Assembly: GCA_951406725.2 (NCBI GenBank)
Contig: OX597822.1
Span: 11,284,001 to 11,348,000, forward strand
Direction: 5' to 3'
Length of the DNA: 64,000 bases
DNA from: Octopus vulgaris
Lineage: Eukaryota
Shown here one piece after another: positions 42,916 through 55,419 of the stretch (position 1 is the stretch's first letter; every line of letters starts with the position of its first letter). The notes beneath the pieces were generated by a model. The model did not search any database, was not told the origin of the DNA, and saw only the letters and a program-made list of their open reading frames with translations. The position numbers and the translations under genes are program-made.

Positions 42916-44229
42916 AATGTTGATGCTGCTGGTGATGATGTTGGTGGTGATGATGATGATGATGATAATGATAAATTTCTTATTACCTGAAGCAAATAAG
43001 CTGGTACAAGATGATAACGATTGTTGATCTAAATAATGAAGTGGATTTTATTCCTTGAAGTCTCGCAAATAAAACAAAAAAAAAATGTGGACAGGGGAGG
43101 GATACGGTTCTATACAACATGTAAGCTTTACGCCTACAAAATAAGAACAATAACAAAAGACAATAAATAAAGGACAGAATCTGAGCGTTACATTTTATTA
43201 TTCAGAGAGAAAGTATTCCTGATAGATAAGTAACTTTGGATCCCAACGCTAGCTAATTAAAGATGATTTATTCTTAAAATATATAAAAATAACAACAAAA
43301 ACAAAACAAAAACAAATAAATTATATATATTAGGCAAACGCAAGCAACAATAAAAAAATATTAAAGAAAATAAATGCAAACAATGGAAATAATAGCATTA
43401 AAGCCATAAATATTTAAACACGTAAATCACACCGATAAATCTAAGACATTGGCGACGGAAACAGTGCAAAATCGAAGCTCAGTACGTTGACTAACAAAAG
43501 CCGAAGTAGGAGGACAGAAAACGAAAATGTGGATATAAGTGGATGCGGGGAAAATTGAAGTGTAGGAAACACTGAAAAGGTGAACATTTTGAATCTGACA
43601 ATAATCTGAATGTGGAAATAGTTAATGAATTAAATCGATAGTATATCTATAGATCTTGTTATGGTCATATGAAGGACACTCCCATACTGACAGAAAGATA
43701 AAACTTTATGATAAAATCGCAACTACAGCAAATAAGTGGTGGGCAAACTCAGTGGTCTTAGTTTTACTGTAAGTAGATTAAAACAACAAACTTCTTTATC
43801 ACCAAGAGAAATCAAACTATCTTTGTATCGGTCACAAAGGAAAGCGGTTTGTTTCGAGAGAGGTTGGTACTTGAAAGAACTCAAAAGCAAACATCTGAAG
43901 CAGAGTAAAATATGCGGAAAATAATCATGCTAAGCATAGGAAACAGAACCCTCTGGAATCTTTAATGGTATGAAAAAGGTGGAAACAGAAATGAAAGCAA
44001 ATATATAAAGTGATATTGCAAAATGCAGCAGAATTATAAAGTAATAAAATAAGAAATTATGTAAAGAACGTCTAAAACACACATTCACACGCATGTACAC
44101 GCACACACACACACAAACACACACACACACACACACACTCTCACACACAAAGACACACGCACACACATACACAAAATACTTCGTTTTGCGAAACGAGAGT
44201 AATTCTTTGAAGAAAACATGAAAACATTT

Positions 44230-44910
44230 TTTACTCAAAATTCAGATGATTTTACCAAGAACTAGGTAAAAAAGAAAACACGAAGCGAATGTAGTGCGAA
44301 AATCCACAGAGGTACAAGTAATTTTGGGGTGTTTGTGGACAACTGATGGATCGCCAAAAGTGACCATTTCAAAATAATAAGCACAGCCAAAATATAAAAC
44401 AGTATAAGCAGTAACCGAGGTACTATAGTATAAGGACAGACCATGGAAATGAAAAAAGTCAAAATCCCAAATAAAATGTTTGCCTCTGTGCGGCAAGCAT
44501 ATCTGGTATCGATTAACAAAAAGTGAGCTCTTCTGCAACATGACAACTCAAGACATCATACCACTCGAACGACCCGAATTAACTCGGGAAACTTGAAGGA
44601 ATCGAACTGATGTCAGATTTAGCATACAGTCCGGACCTAGGTCCGTCCCCCAGGTTTTTAGTTGTTCCGATCAATGGCTCAATTCTTGCGCTCGAGACGT
44701 TTCATCATCAAGATGAGACGGAAGTTTATACGTAAGAGTTCTTCATATCGAAGGTCAAGAACTGGCATCAGCGTGGGATCAAAGAACTGGCTAAAAGAAA
44801 GGTGGCTTCAGACGGTACAACACGATGGCCTCTTCTTTGAATGCCAGGATGCTTTTGTTGTAACTTGACGGATAAAGCAAATAAGCTACCAGAATATAGC
44901 CAAACGTTTG
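44230..44910 (+). mobile_element. Degenerate mariner transposon (catalytic C-terminal half)
   Basis: LLQHDNSRHHT, AYSPDL.PS, LFRSMAQFL, W..TVQHDGLFFE. Confidence 0.75.
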
Positions 44911-45122
44911 ACTCAACCCGTGAAAATATCAAGTAAACCATTGAGTGAAAAAACTTGATGGTTGTGTGAAGGAAAAAGTCCTGATTCCTCAGGTACAAGA
45001 AAATTTGAAGTCCCCAATTCAAGAGAACCATTCCATATCTAGGCAGGGTTGATGCTGTACTCCATTTCGCACCTTATCAAGGCAGGGCTCAGAAAATGAG
45101 ACTAAAACTATACTGAAAGACA

Positions 45123-45352
45123 GGCGGCAAGCTGGCAGAAACGTTAGCACACCGGGCGTAATGCGTAGCCGTATTTCGTCTGCGGTTACGTTCTGAGTTC
45201 TAATTCCGCCGAGGTCGACTTTGCCTTTCATCCTTTCGGGGTCGATAAATTAAGTACCGGTTACGCACTGGGGTCGATGTTATCGACTTAATCCGTTTGT
45301 CTGTCCTTGTTTATTCCCTCTATGTTTAGCCCCTTGTGGGTAGTAAAGAAAT
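45123..45352 (+). mobile_element. SINE family D with Nin-like central domain
   Basis: GGCGGCAAGCTGGCAGAA head; GCCTTTCATCCTTTCGGGGTCGATAAATTAAGTACC. Confidence 0.8.
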
Positions 45353-45561
45353 ATATACTGAAAGACATACCAACAATTGACATAGACCGAGAGATTAAAG
45401 TTAAATTGCTCAAATATTGTTGTTAGAGAAAAATTGGAAGGGGAGTTGCCTCGTAATCGATCTATCAATTCCAGTAGATGAGAATATATATTTGATAAAA
45501 GAAAAGAGAACGAGAATGAGAAAAACGAAGCTGCTGGTTATAGCGACAGCTAGAATATACA

Positions 45562-46447
45562 CAGGGTGCGATGGGCGAATCGTCACCATCTTATATTTTA
45601 ATTTCGCGCATGAGCTTCGTTTGGGCTTGATTTTGTCGACTGCACAGTATAGTAGGGTCAGTTGCGCACGTCAGTGAGAAAAACAGCATCATTACGCAAT
45701 TCACTCAGTCAGAAATTTGGAAACGACATGCTGCACTGCTTGGCTTTCGCGCCGGAAGTTCCGATACGAACATTCCAGAGTGTTTAGGTGTCAATCTGAG
45801 GATAGAGCAATCTGAAGACATGTACCGAGAGTGATAAAAACCAAACATCCAGTTAACATCATGATGTTTGGAGTGATCGCTAGTGATGGTGACGTTATGC
45901 CTACATCCATCTTCCTACACGGCATCACACTCAACACGGAGGCCTACATCAAGTGCTTGAAGGAGGGAGTGCTACGCTGGGTCGAGTGGATTGCCGCCGG
46001 AAAATCCTATGTCTGACAACAGGACTCTGCACCATGCCACACAAGTTGGAGAACCCAGTCATGACTGTTACACAATTTCTGCGATCACACCACCCCTAAC
46101 ATCTGGCCACCTAACTCCCCAGACTGCAACCCCCTTGATTATTATGTGTGGGGCGCAGTTGAACGAGAAACCAACAAAACTTCTTGTAACATCAAAGATG
46201 AACTGAAGGCAGGGATCATTTCAACATTCACCAGCTTAAACAAGTAGGCTGCCCAGGGGAGTTGCAAGAAATTCCGAAGGCGCCTGGAGCTGTGGTTGAA
46301 GCCAATAGCGATTTTATTGAATAAATTTATTCTTTAGTATTTCAAGATATTCTTATGTAATTTTGGTAAGTATATCTATTGACATGAGATGTCAGTGTTA
46401 TTTTCACTGTTTCATAATTTAGACTACAGTTTAATCACCGCACCCTG
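45562..46447 (+). mobile_element. Internally deleted Tc1/mariner element, DD37D (maT-type)
   Basis: TIRs CAGGGTGCG / CGCACCCTG+TA; QQDSAPCH...WPPNSPDCNPLDYYVWG with 37 residues between the Ds. Confidence 0.88.
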
Positions 46448-46448
46448 T

Positions 46449-46479
<31 letters not shown>

Positions 46480-46722
46480 TATAAATTGAGGATATAATCA
46501 TTAAAATAATCATACCAGTGGCCAGTGTATGAGAAACACCATATCGATAAAATTAATATTTAAGTATATAATTATACTTACAATTAAAGGCGCTGGAATG
46601 CCGATGCCTATATACTAGAAGTAAATGTCAAATATCTACAAACCACTCTAAATATGGTCTCTTTTACTGCACATGGCCGAATACGAGGAAATGGACAAGA
46701 AGACTTATAAAATATTAGATAA

Positions 46723-46781
46723 CTCTATATCTTAAGATTTCGTGTTATGCAAGAAAAATTATTTTACAATCTTCAGTAGAA
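46723..46781 (-). ncRNA. Hammerhead motif
   Basis: rc: TTCTA CTGAAGA tTGT...ACAC GAAA TCTTAAGA TA TAGAG; palindromic helix III. Confidence 0.65.
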
Positions 46782-46812
46782 GTATTGTACGAAAATATTT
46801 ATCGGCATGTAT

Positions 46813-47214
46813 AAGCGCAGGAGTGGCTGTGTGGTAAGTGGCTTGCTAACCAACCACATGGTTCCGGGTTCAGTCCCACTGCGTGGCATCTCGGGCAAGT
46901 GTCTTCTGCTATAGCCCCGGGCCGACCAATGCCTTGTGAGTGGATTTGGTAGACGGAAACTGAAAGAAGCCTGTCGTATATATGTATATATATATATGTG
47001 TGTTTGTGTGTCTGTGTTTGTCCCCCTAGCATTGCTTGACAACCGATGCTGGTGTGTTTACGTCCCCGTCACTTAGCGGTTCGACAAAAAGTGACCGATA
47101 GAATAAGTACTAGGCTTACAAATAATAAGTCCTGGGGTCGATTTGCTCGACTAAAGGCGGTGCTCCAGCATGGCCGCAGTCAAATGACTGAAACAAGTAA
47201 AAGAGTAAAAGAGT
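46813..47214 (+). mobile_element. SINE family A, full-length reference copy
   Basis: A box GTGGCTGTGTGG, B box GGGTTCAGTCCC, internal (TA)(TG), LINE-like tail, (TAAAAGAG)n end. Confidence 0.92.
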
Positions 47215-47539
47215 ATGTATGTATATATATATTTTTTCACTTATATATTGTCGATATACTTCTAATGAAGGGTGTAAAGTAGTTTTTATTGCAGAACACA
47301 AATTTTTAAGATATAGACTTGTCCAAAACTTTATTAATCTTCTTGACCATTTCCTCGCATTCCGTCTTGTGCAAAAAGAAAGAGATTATAATTAGAGGGG
47401 TTTGTAGATATTTGACATCTACTTCTAGTGTATGGCGTCGTCCCTCTAATATCCTTAATTATAATTATATATCTATTATTATATACATATATATTATATA
47501 CATACAAGCATATAAAGATATATATATATTTGTATTTTT

Positions 47540-47729
47540 TCATTTGCTTCAGTTGTTTGACTGCGGCCATGCTGGAGCACCACCTTTAGTCGAGTAAATC
47601 GACCCAAGGACTTATTCTTTGTAAGCCTAGTACTTATTCTATCGGCCCCTTTTGCCGAACCGCTAAGTTACGGGGACGTAAACACACCAACATCAGTTGT
47701 GAAGCGATGATGGGTGGGGACAAACAGAG

Positions 47730-47760
<31 letters not shown>

Positions 47761-47910
47761 ACACACATATATATATATATACGACGGGCTTTTTTCAGTT
47801 TCCATTTACTAAATCCACTCACAAGGCTTTGGTCGGCCCGAGGCTATAGTAGAAAATACTTGCCCAAGGTGTCACGTAGTGGAACCGGAACCGAATCCAT
47901 GTGGTTGGTA
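47540..47910 (-). mobile_element. SINE family A
   Basis: rc similarity to 46813-47214. Confidence 0.85.
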
Positions 47911-48182
47911 ATCGTGAGTAAAACTGGTTAGACCGAAGCTGTATGGAAGCATGCCGAATGGATTGCAATCGAAAGGAGCAGCCTTGTCATCGTGTCACCC
48001 TGGGTCTGTTTGAGAGATACATCTCTATTTTTTGTACGAAGTGTATCCGTCTGTGGAACACTCAGGCATTTAAATGAGATGGAAATTCAGTTGACCGAAT
48101 GAGTGAAAACTCTTCGTCGAAGCCGACGGTAATCTAGCCATCCATCCACGCGAGCGCGCACACACATGCACAGAGAGGTTGG

Positions 48183-48253
<71 letters not shown>

Positions 48254-48844
48254 ATCCATGTAAGTATGCCAAACAAGCTCGTAATTATACACGTACGTAC
48301 GTTACAGGAAATATCATTGTTAGAGACTGCATTTCTGCTTTATAATGTTATTTCAATATTGTTGCAAACGTTAAACATTAAAAAATATATGCTCCTAGTC
48401 AAACAAAACCGCATCCCTGTTGTGTCATGAAAGTACACAAAAACTATAAGAACAGCTGAAGAAGAAGACGAAGAAGAAGAATAACAACAGCAATAATATT
48501 AATATACAAATAAAAAAAAAAAAATGATGATGATGTTGGTGGTGGTGGGGAATATCCGAAATGATATGCCAAGCGTGGTATTGTTGTACACCTGAAGGTT
48601 CAGGAATCAACACAATGAAAGCTTATGGGAAATAACAGCCTCTCGGAATTGGCAAGAAAAAAAATCTTTGACTTCTGTTTAAATTACTTATTTAAGCATT
48701 AATGATGAAGTGCTAAACAGTACACATGATAAAGGTTTAGCTAGAGTTCATTGAATATACATATACATACATACATTACATACATACGTACATACACACA
48801 CACACACAGACACACAGACACACACACACACACATATATATATA

Positions 48845-48878
<34 letters not shown>

Positions 48879-49799
48879 CATACATCCATATATATATACA
48901 TACATCCATATATATATACATACATATATATATGTATATATATATCTATATGTATATATGTATATGTATATATATAACGTATATATATTTGTGTGTGTCT
49001 GTACACACACAGGAGCAATACAATGGATGTTACTTGAGGGAGAAATAATAGCTACTTTGAAAAGCAATAACATGTGGAACTCCGCCTCTCCGACTCCAAA
49101 ATAATACCGACCCATCCAATATCCTGCTAGCTAATTATATATAATAATAAAAAAAAAATGGGTATCTTTATTGCTCAAAATATTGGCTGCTGTTTATGTT
49201 GTGGATATTACCACGCCGCTGATATGGAAATGATATCAAAAGTATGTGCTGCGTATGGATGTAAACGAGGCAATTATTAATAAACGAGGCTGTTATGCAA
49301 ATAAATGAAAATAGAACAGAAAAGATATGTAAAAAAAAAACTGAAAGGAGCTCGGTATGTATTGATTACCGAAAAAGCCCTTCCGAAACCTTTTGCAGAT
49401 TGTTTGATATTGAAAGCCTTCTATATAAATAAAGTGGCATTAATATTAAGGCTGTATATCAACGACGCCATGATGTAAACATTTACTTCCAAAGTAAGAA
49501 AAAGAAAAAAAACATACCTTAAGAATATATAAATGGTAAAGTATAGAAAGAAAAACCAACCGTTCTATTTCCCAAAAGTGAGGATATTTTGAAGGAGAAT
49601 ATTTCACTATCCTGTTTTTATCTCTAACTATGCTAACAAACCTGATGAAATAAAACCACTTACGGATAAACGTGCTGTGAAAACAATCCGAATGTCTCTA
49701 CATACTCCATCAACCTGCCTGAAATAGCAGCAAGTTATATCTCTCTAACTCCACCAAAGTTTTGTAAGGCGAAGGTACAAACTGATAATGTATTTCTGG

Positions 49800-50085
49800 A
49801 TATCACGCAATCACGTGATCAACCCGACTATCGGATGTTGTTATACAACGATAGTCACAATGAGCTTTGCATCGTTTTGACTTCCGAATGATGATAATCC
49901 GCTGACTGGTTGAGTAGGCCAAGATTTCCACTGATCGGAAAGCTTTTTGGCTGCAGACGATTGGACTGGAACAAAGTGAAATGGAGTATTTTGTTCAAGA
50001 ATACAACGCGCAGTCGGTCTGAGAATCGAACCAACAATCTCACAGTTGCGAGTGCAATGTGCTTAACCACAGAACCACGCGCCTA
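49800..50085 (-). mobile_element. Diverged tRNA-SINE
   Basis: rc head GGCGCGTGGTTCTGTGGTTAAG...GGTTCGATTCTCAGACC. Confidence 0.6.
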
Positions 50086-50317
50086 CATATTTCTAGATAA
50101 AACGGACTAAAATAAAAAGCAGTTTGTTTTTCCACTCCTGGAATGCATTTCGCATTGGATACTATAGACGACCGTAGCAATATATATCCTTTGGATATAG
50201 TAGTAGTAGCAGCAGCAGCAGTAGTATTAGTGGAACTGGCAGTAGTAGTAGTGATGGTGGTGGTAGTGGTAGTAGTAGTCATGGTGGTGGTAGTAGTAGT
50301 AGTAGTGATGGTGGTGA

Positions 50318-50354
<37 letters not shown>

Positions 50355-50573
50355 AGTGGTGGTAGTTGGATGGGGATAATGCGCTGTAACAGTGCGCCGC
50401 TGCAGCTCCCCTTTGTTGGCGATTCCCTTCTACTCCTGCCGGGCGACACCTTTGCCCCACCCAGGCGACAAACTTGGGATGCATTTGTTTGGGCAGTGAT
50501 TGTTGGTGAGGGTTTTTTTACGAGGTTGGAGTGCAAACCCTCCTTCAACCTCTTTAAGTCGCCATTTTACAAC

Positions 50574-50639
<66 letters not shown>

Positions 50640-50659
50640 AACGTTGGGTCTTTTCTTAG

Positions 50660-51030
50660 ACATTCTGGTCTCCAAACAACACCAAAGCAACGTGAAAGGA
50701 AGTGTTTAGCTGCAAAGTACAACATGCTTCCTGGTCCGGGGATCGGACCCACGATCTAGCGATCGTGAGTGCGACATTCGAACTCCTACGCTACGTATCT
50801 TCTTTTTCTAAAGCTAAAGTTACCTTCTCAAGTTATGCCTACTCATAAGAGCCGATTGCCCGGTTCCCATGGCTTATACATCCCTCTCACCTGGATGGAA
50901 CGCCAGTCCGTCGCAGGATTAACTCATTTTTGCCAGCTGAGTGGAAGGGAACAACATGAAAGGAAGTGTTTTGCTGGAGAATATAGCGCAAAGTCCGGTC
51001 CAGGACTCGAAACCACTAAGCCACGCGCAT
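50660..51030 (-). mobile_element. Two diverged tRNA-SINE fragments
   Basis: Repeated AACATGAAAGGAAGTGTTT..GC..A.TA.A.C motif; GGAACGCCAGTCCGTCGCAGG body. Confidence 0.6.
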
Positions 51031-51174
51031 CCCTCCACGCGTATCCACCCGCACGCGCATCCACCCCCACGCGCATCCATCCCACGCACCTCTCCCCCAC
51101 GTGCCTTCACGCAACGTGTCTCTACGCAACAAATTTCTCCCGCACCTACCCTCGCGCTTCCCGTTGCGCGCCTG

Positions 51175-51251
51175 CCCACGGGCATATGGCGTAGTGGTTA
51201 AGAGAGCGGCCTACTAACCCCAAAATTCCAACTTCGGTTCCAGGTAGTGAA

Positions 51252-51349
<98 letters not shown>

Positions 51350-51368
51350 CAACAACAACAACAACAAC

Positions 51369-51412
<44 letters not shown>

Positions 51413-51575
51413 CAACAACAACATGGGAAAATACCTTAGGAATGAGAACCCAGGTTCGAAATTTTCCCAAGTCACCTGATGAAGGCTGGATGGTATATCA
51501 GTCGAAACGTTGTATTAACAACAATTGTGATGAGGACAAATAACCGTCAAATGTAACTAATGTAAATACTGTAAA
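51175..51575 (+). mobile_element. Family B SINE, most complete copy (tRNA head + (AAT/AAC)n + HHR tail)
   Basis: A box TGGCGTAGTGG; microsatellite 51255-51422; HHR 51471-51516; tail ATGTAA.TAATGTAAATA. Confidence 0.88.
51471..51516 (+). ncRNA. Minimal type-I hammerhead ribozyme motif
   Basis: GTCAC CTGATGA A GGCTG-gatggtatat-CAGTC GAAA CG TT GTATT. Confidence 0.75.
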
Positions 51576-52177
51576 TAATCCGTCGTAGGATCACTCATTT
51601 AGAAGCAGATGAACAGTAGCAATGTGAAATGTAATGCTTCATTCAAGAACGCAGCGAAACCAGTCGCCCGACCCGCGAATGGGAATCGACGATCTTGCGT
51701 GCCACACCCTGACTGACCTCGAGGCCACGCCGATCTACTCTTTGTACCACTGGGCAGAACGATTTATTTAACAGATAAACATTTCTGAAGTAAATATAGT
51801 GAAACGAGTAAAGGCCATTGAATAGAAAAAGCTTATAAATTTCTAAAGGGAAATTGCAGAGAAGAGAAATGGAGAGAAGAAACCAGACAATGGAGAGTAA
51901 GCATCGCAGTAGAAGAGAACGGAAAGGAAGCTCTATGAACGCTAACAATGGCTAAAGATCTTCAGTGTGTCTACTTTTAGATGAACAAGTCAATACCGTT
52001 GACCAGAGCTACCATGATATTACGAAAATATAAGATATTTTGAAGAAGATGCTAATGTGAAAAGGAGATGACGTAACCGACGACGACATCAAGAATCGGC
52101 CATCTTGTGTCGGATTTTTCCAGTCAACGCAGAGAGATAGCTGGACTTGCATTATGTCAGCATTATGAAAACATTTG

Positions 52178-52481
<304 letters not shown>

Positions 52482-52699
52482 TAGAAAGAAGAAAGAGATG
52501 AAGCAGCTAAGATAGAAGAGAAAGCGAAAAAGAGGGAAAAGGAAAAAAAAAATAGAAAAGGAGATTTAAGAAGGAAGAGAAGAAGATAAAGATTAAAAAT
52601 GAGGATACAGAACGCTGCACCGAAAACCAAATAAAACGGAGAAAGAAAACGAAAACGATGGCAAAGTACACCTGCTCCATGGCCACTACATGAAAAACG

Positions 52700-53230
52700 A
52701 ACAGGTGTGGCTATGCGGTAAAAAGCTTGCATCCCAACCATATGGTTCTGGGTTCAGTCCTACTGTGTGGCACCTTGAGCAAGTGTCTTCCACTGTTGTT
52801 GGCAGGCGGAAACTGAAAGAAGCTCGTCGTGTATATATATATTTTGTTCGTTGCAGTCACTGACCGCGGCCATGCTGGAGCACGGCCTTTAGTCGAACAA
52901 ATCGACCACAGAACTTATTCTCCGTAAGCCTATCGCTTATTCTTTCGGTTTTTTGCCGAACTGCTAGGTTACGGGACGTAAACACACCATCATCGGTTGT
53001 CAAGCGATGGTGGTGGGGACAAACACAGGCTCACGAGCATACACACACACACACAAACGCACACGCACACATACGACGGGCTTCTTTCAGTTTCCGGCTA
53101 CTAAATCCACTCACAAGGCTTTCGTCGACCCCAGTCTCTAGTAGAAGACACTTGCCCAAGGTGTCACGTAATGGGACAGAACCTGGAATCATGTGGTTGG
53201 TAAGCAAGCAACTCGTATACTACACGGCCA
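52700..53230. mobile_element. SINE family A head (+, 52700-52830) and copy (-, 52845-53230)
   Basis: Similarity to 46813-47214. Confidence 0.8.
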
Positions 53231-53261
53231 CTCATTTAATATATATGAATAAATATATATA

Positions 53262-53925
53262 TCTATATATATAAAACTCAACTTGTGTGTCTGTGTGTGT
53301 ATCTGTGTGTGTGTCTGTGTGTTTAACTTCCCGGCACATCTCCTCCTAGCCAACAAATCGTAGAACCACCAAAAATGAGTCATTTAAAGTTTAGGCAAAC
53401 GAAAATTGAACTGCGCTATTTCTGTTCGGAAATTCATCTCGCAAGTGAAAAAATCGATAATGTGTTTGTTTAGGCCTTATCCCATGCATTGAATAGTGAA
53501 CTTTACTCAGTCAGCTGTTTGACGTGAACTGTGTTCACCACGCGTGAAAAGTTGCATGAAAAATAAAAAAATCAAGATATAAAAACGAATCGCCGTAAAC
53601 ATTGTAGAAATTCGGCAAAGAAAATGAATTTTCGGAATGTAGCCTGGAGGGTTTTTTCGTATTAATCGTTTGGACTTTGTGAACACATACCAATTGTTTT
53701 CATAACATTTTTAACGCTTTGAATTAAATGTGACCATTTTGCGTTGAGTCTGCAGTTTGAATCACTTTAACCAAATTTTAGCAGGCCGGATTTTTGATCA
53801 TCACGATACATCGCCAGCGACTCCCTGAAACTCTCCCCTGAAATCCCCGTTGAGAAATTTATATATATATAACTCAACTTGTGTGTCTGTGTGTGTATCT
53901 GTGTGTGTGTCTGTGTGTTTAACTT
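53262..53925 (+). mobile_element. Helitron-like non-autonomous element, 5' part, with repeated 5' end at ~53861-53925
   Basis: A|TCTATATATATAAAACTCAACTTGTGTGTC start; same ~60 bp recurs at 53861. Confidence 0.6.
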
Positions 53926-53975
53926 TTGGATCTACCAAGTTTCATTATTAAGGATGGAAAGTAGTGTGTAGCAAA

Positions 53976-54366
53976 TCTCTATATATATAAATCTGAAGTT
54001 GTCTGTGTGTGGCAGGTTTGGTAGCCTTCAACTAACACTATCTCCTTCGAGACCCTGCAGCACAAGTTGACCAAAATTGAGAGTATGATAGAAGAAGGCT
54101 TGCTCTTCATTCTGTATAAGATAAAATTCAAATCGGACCATGTTAACACCCAAAAGTATTTACATCAAAAAGGTGCTTTTTTTCTATGAAAATCCATATT
54201 TTCTACGATTTTTGACTGCTGGGTCACCACTTTTCGGTGTATTTCAACTGGAAAAATGTTCTCTTGAGGAGAATAACAAGTTGCATAATGCAAAATTTTT
54301 ACTTTTCAAAAATTCCTACTCTAAAGGGTCGAGACAAACCCAAGCAACACAGGGTGATACTGCTAG
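53976..54366 (+). mobile_element. Non-autonomous Helitron
   Basis: A|TC 5' end (TCTCTATATATATAAA), subterminal CCCAAGCAACACAGGG hairpin remnant, 3' CTAG|T. Confidence 0.8.
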
Positions 54367-54384
54367 TATTTATATATAATGGAC

Positions 54385-54540
54385 GCTGGCGCAGCTGTGT
54401 AGTAAGAAGCTTGCTTCCCCACCACATTGTTTCAGGTTCAGTTCCACTGCGTGACACCTTGGGCAAGTGTCTTCCACTAGAGCCTCGGGCTGACCAAGGA
54501 AAAGCAGGAAAAAGAGATTTAAAAGATATATATGTATATA

Positions 54541-54590
<50 letters not shown>

Positions 54591-54815
54591 TACACCTATC
54601 TAATTTTTTGTATTTGTGTATATTTGTTCCCCACCCCATCATTACTTGACAACCGATGTTGGTGTGTTTACGTCCCGTGTAACTTAACGGTTCCACAAAA
54701 GAGACCCATAGAATAAGTACCAGGCTTAGAAAGAATTAGCCCAGGGGTCGATTTCTTAGACTAAAAAGGCGGTGCTCCAGCATGGCCGCAATCAAAACTA
54801 CTGAAATAAATAAAA
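54385..54815 (+). mobile_element. SINE family A
   Basis: Similarity to 46813-47214. Confidence 0.85.
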
Positions 54816-54821
54816 GACTAC

Positions 54822-55110
54822 GATGGCGCTTGGTCTAGTGGTTAGGGTGTTGCACTCACGATCGCGAGATCGTGGTTTCAATTCCTAGACAGAGTAGTGC
54901 GTTGTGTTCTTGAACATGACACATCATCTCACGGCTGCTCTGTGATGACTTCCACACCTGAGGTGTGGCACACCGTGCACCTGTTCCGACAACGTCGATT
55001 TGATGGAGTGAGGGAGCTAATGTGCGGCACCAACATTTGGCCATCATAAACAAATTATTTATGCAGGTCGTTCGGCTAAAGCTGAACGCTCCTACATCAT
55101 CTTCGACGGC
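54822..55110 (+). mobile_element. tRNA-derived SINE (family C-like head)
   Basis: TGGTCTAGTGGTTAGGGTGTTGCACTCACGATCGCGAGATCGTGGTTTCAATTCC. Confidence 0.7.
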
Positions 55111-55282
55111 AAAGTCCATCATACATACACACACACACACACCTTGAGCAAGAGTATTCTACGATAGCCTCGGGGCGATCAAAAGCTTGTAAGTGGATTT
55201 GGTAGACGGAAAATGAAAGAAGCCCGTCGTATATATTAGCACCAACAGTTTTTTTTTAATTCTCTGTTTATTTCATCGCGTT

Positions 55283-55320
55283 CCTTTCTGTTGCAGAGCG
55301 TAGGCTCGAAACGTACAAGA
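55283..55320 (+). ncRNA. Hammerhead-like motif, CUGUUG variant, in TA-flanked element 55240-55412
   Basis: CCTTT CTGTTGCA GAGC-gtag-GCTC GAAA CG TA CAAGA. Confidence 0.55.
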
Positions 55321-55419
55321 CTTTCTCACATTCCCCAGCGTTAAACTAATACACCTGTTTGTTGTTTATACACCTGTCTTTTGCTTTTCTGTAAGTTTTA
55401 ACTATATATATATTCCTTT

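Larger units (their letters stand above)
46480..47470. mobile_element. Old inverted pair of HHR-bearing pLTRs (46480-46790 minus; 47250-47470 plus) split by a SINE
   Basis: 46570-46780 is rc-similar to 47259-47470. Confidence 0.7.

Noticed and set aside
46813-46890. tRNA-like sequences at SINE heads (also 42240-42313, 51178-51250)
   Set aside because: Attached to SINE bodies and lacking a proper acceptor stem; not tRNA genes
48520-48610. Possible minus-strand splice acceptor and exon
   Set aside because: No donor site or recognisable protein; runs into simple repeats
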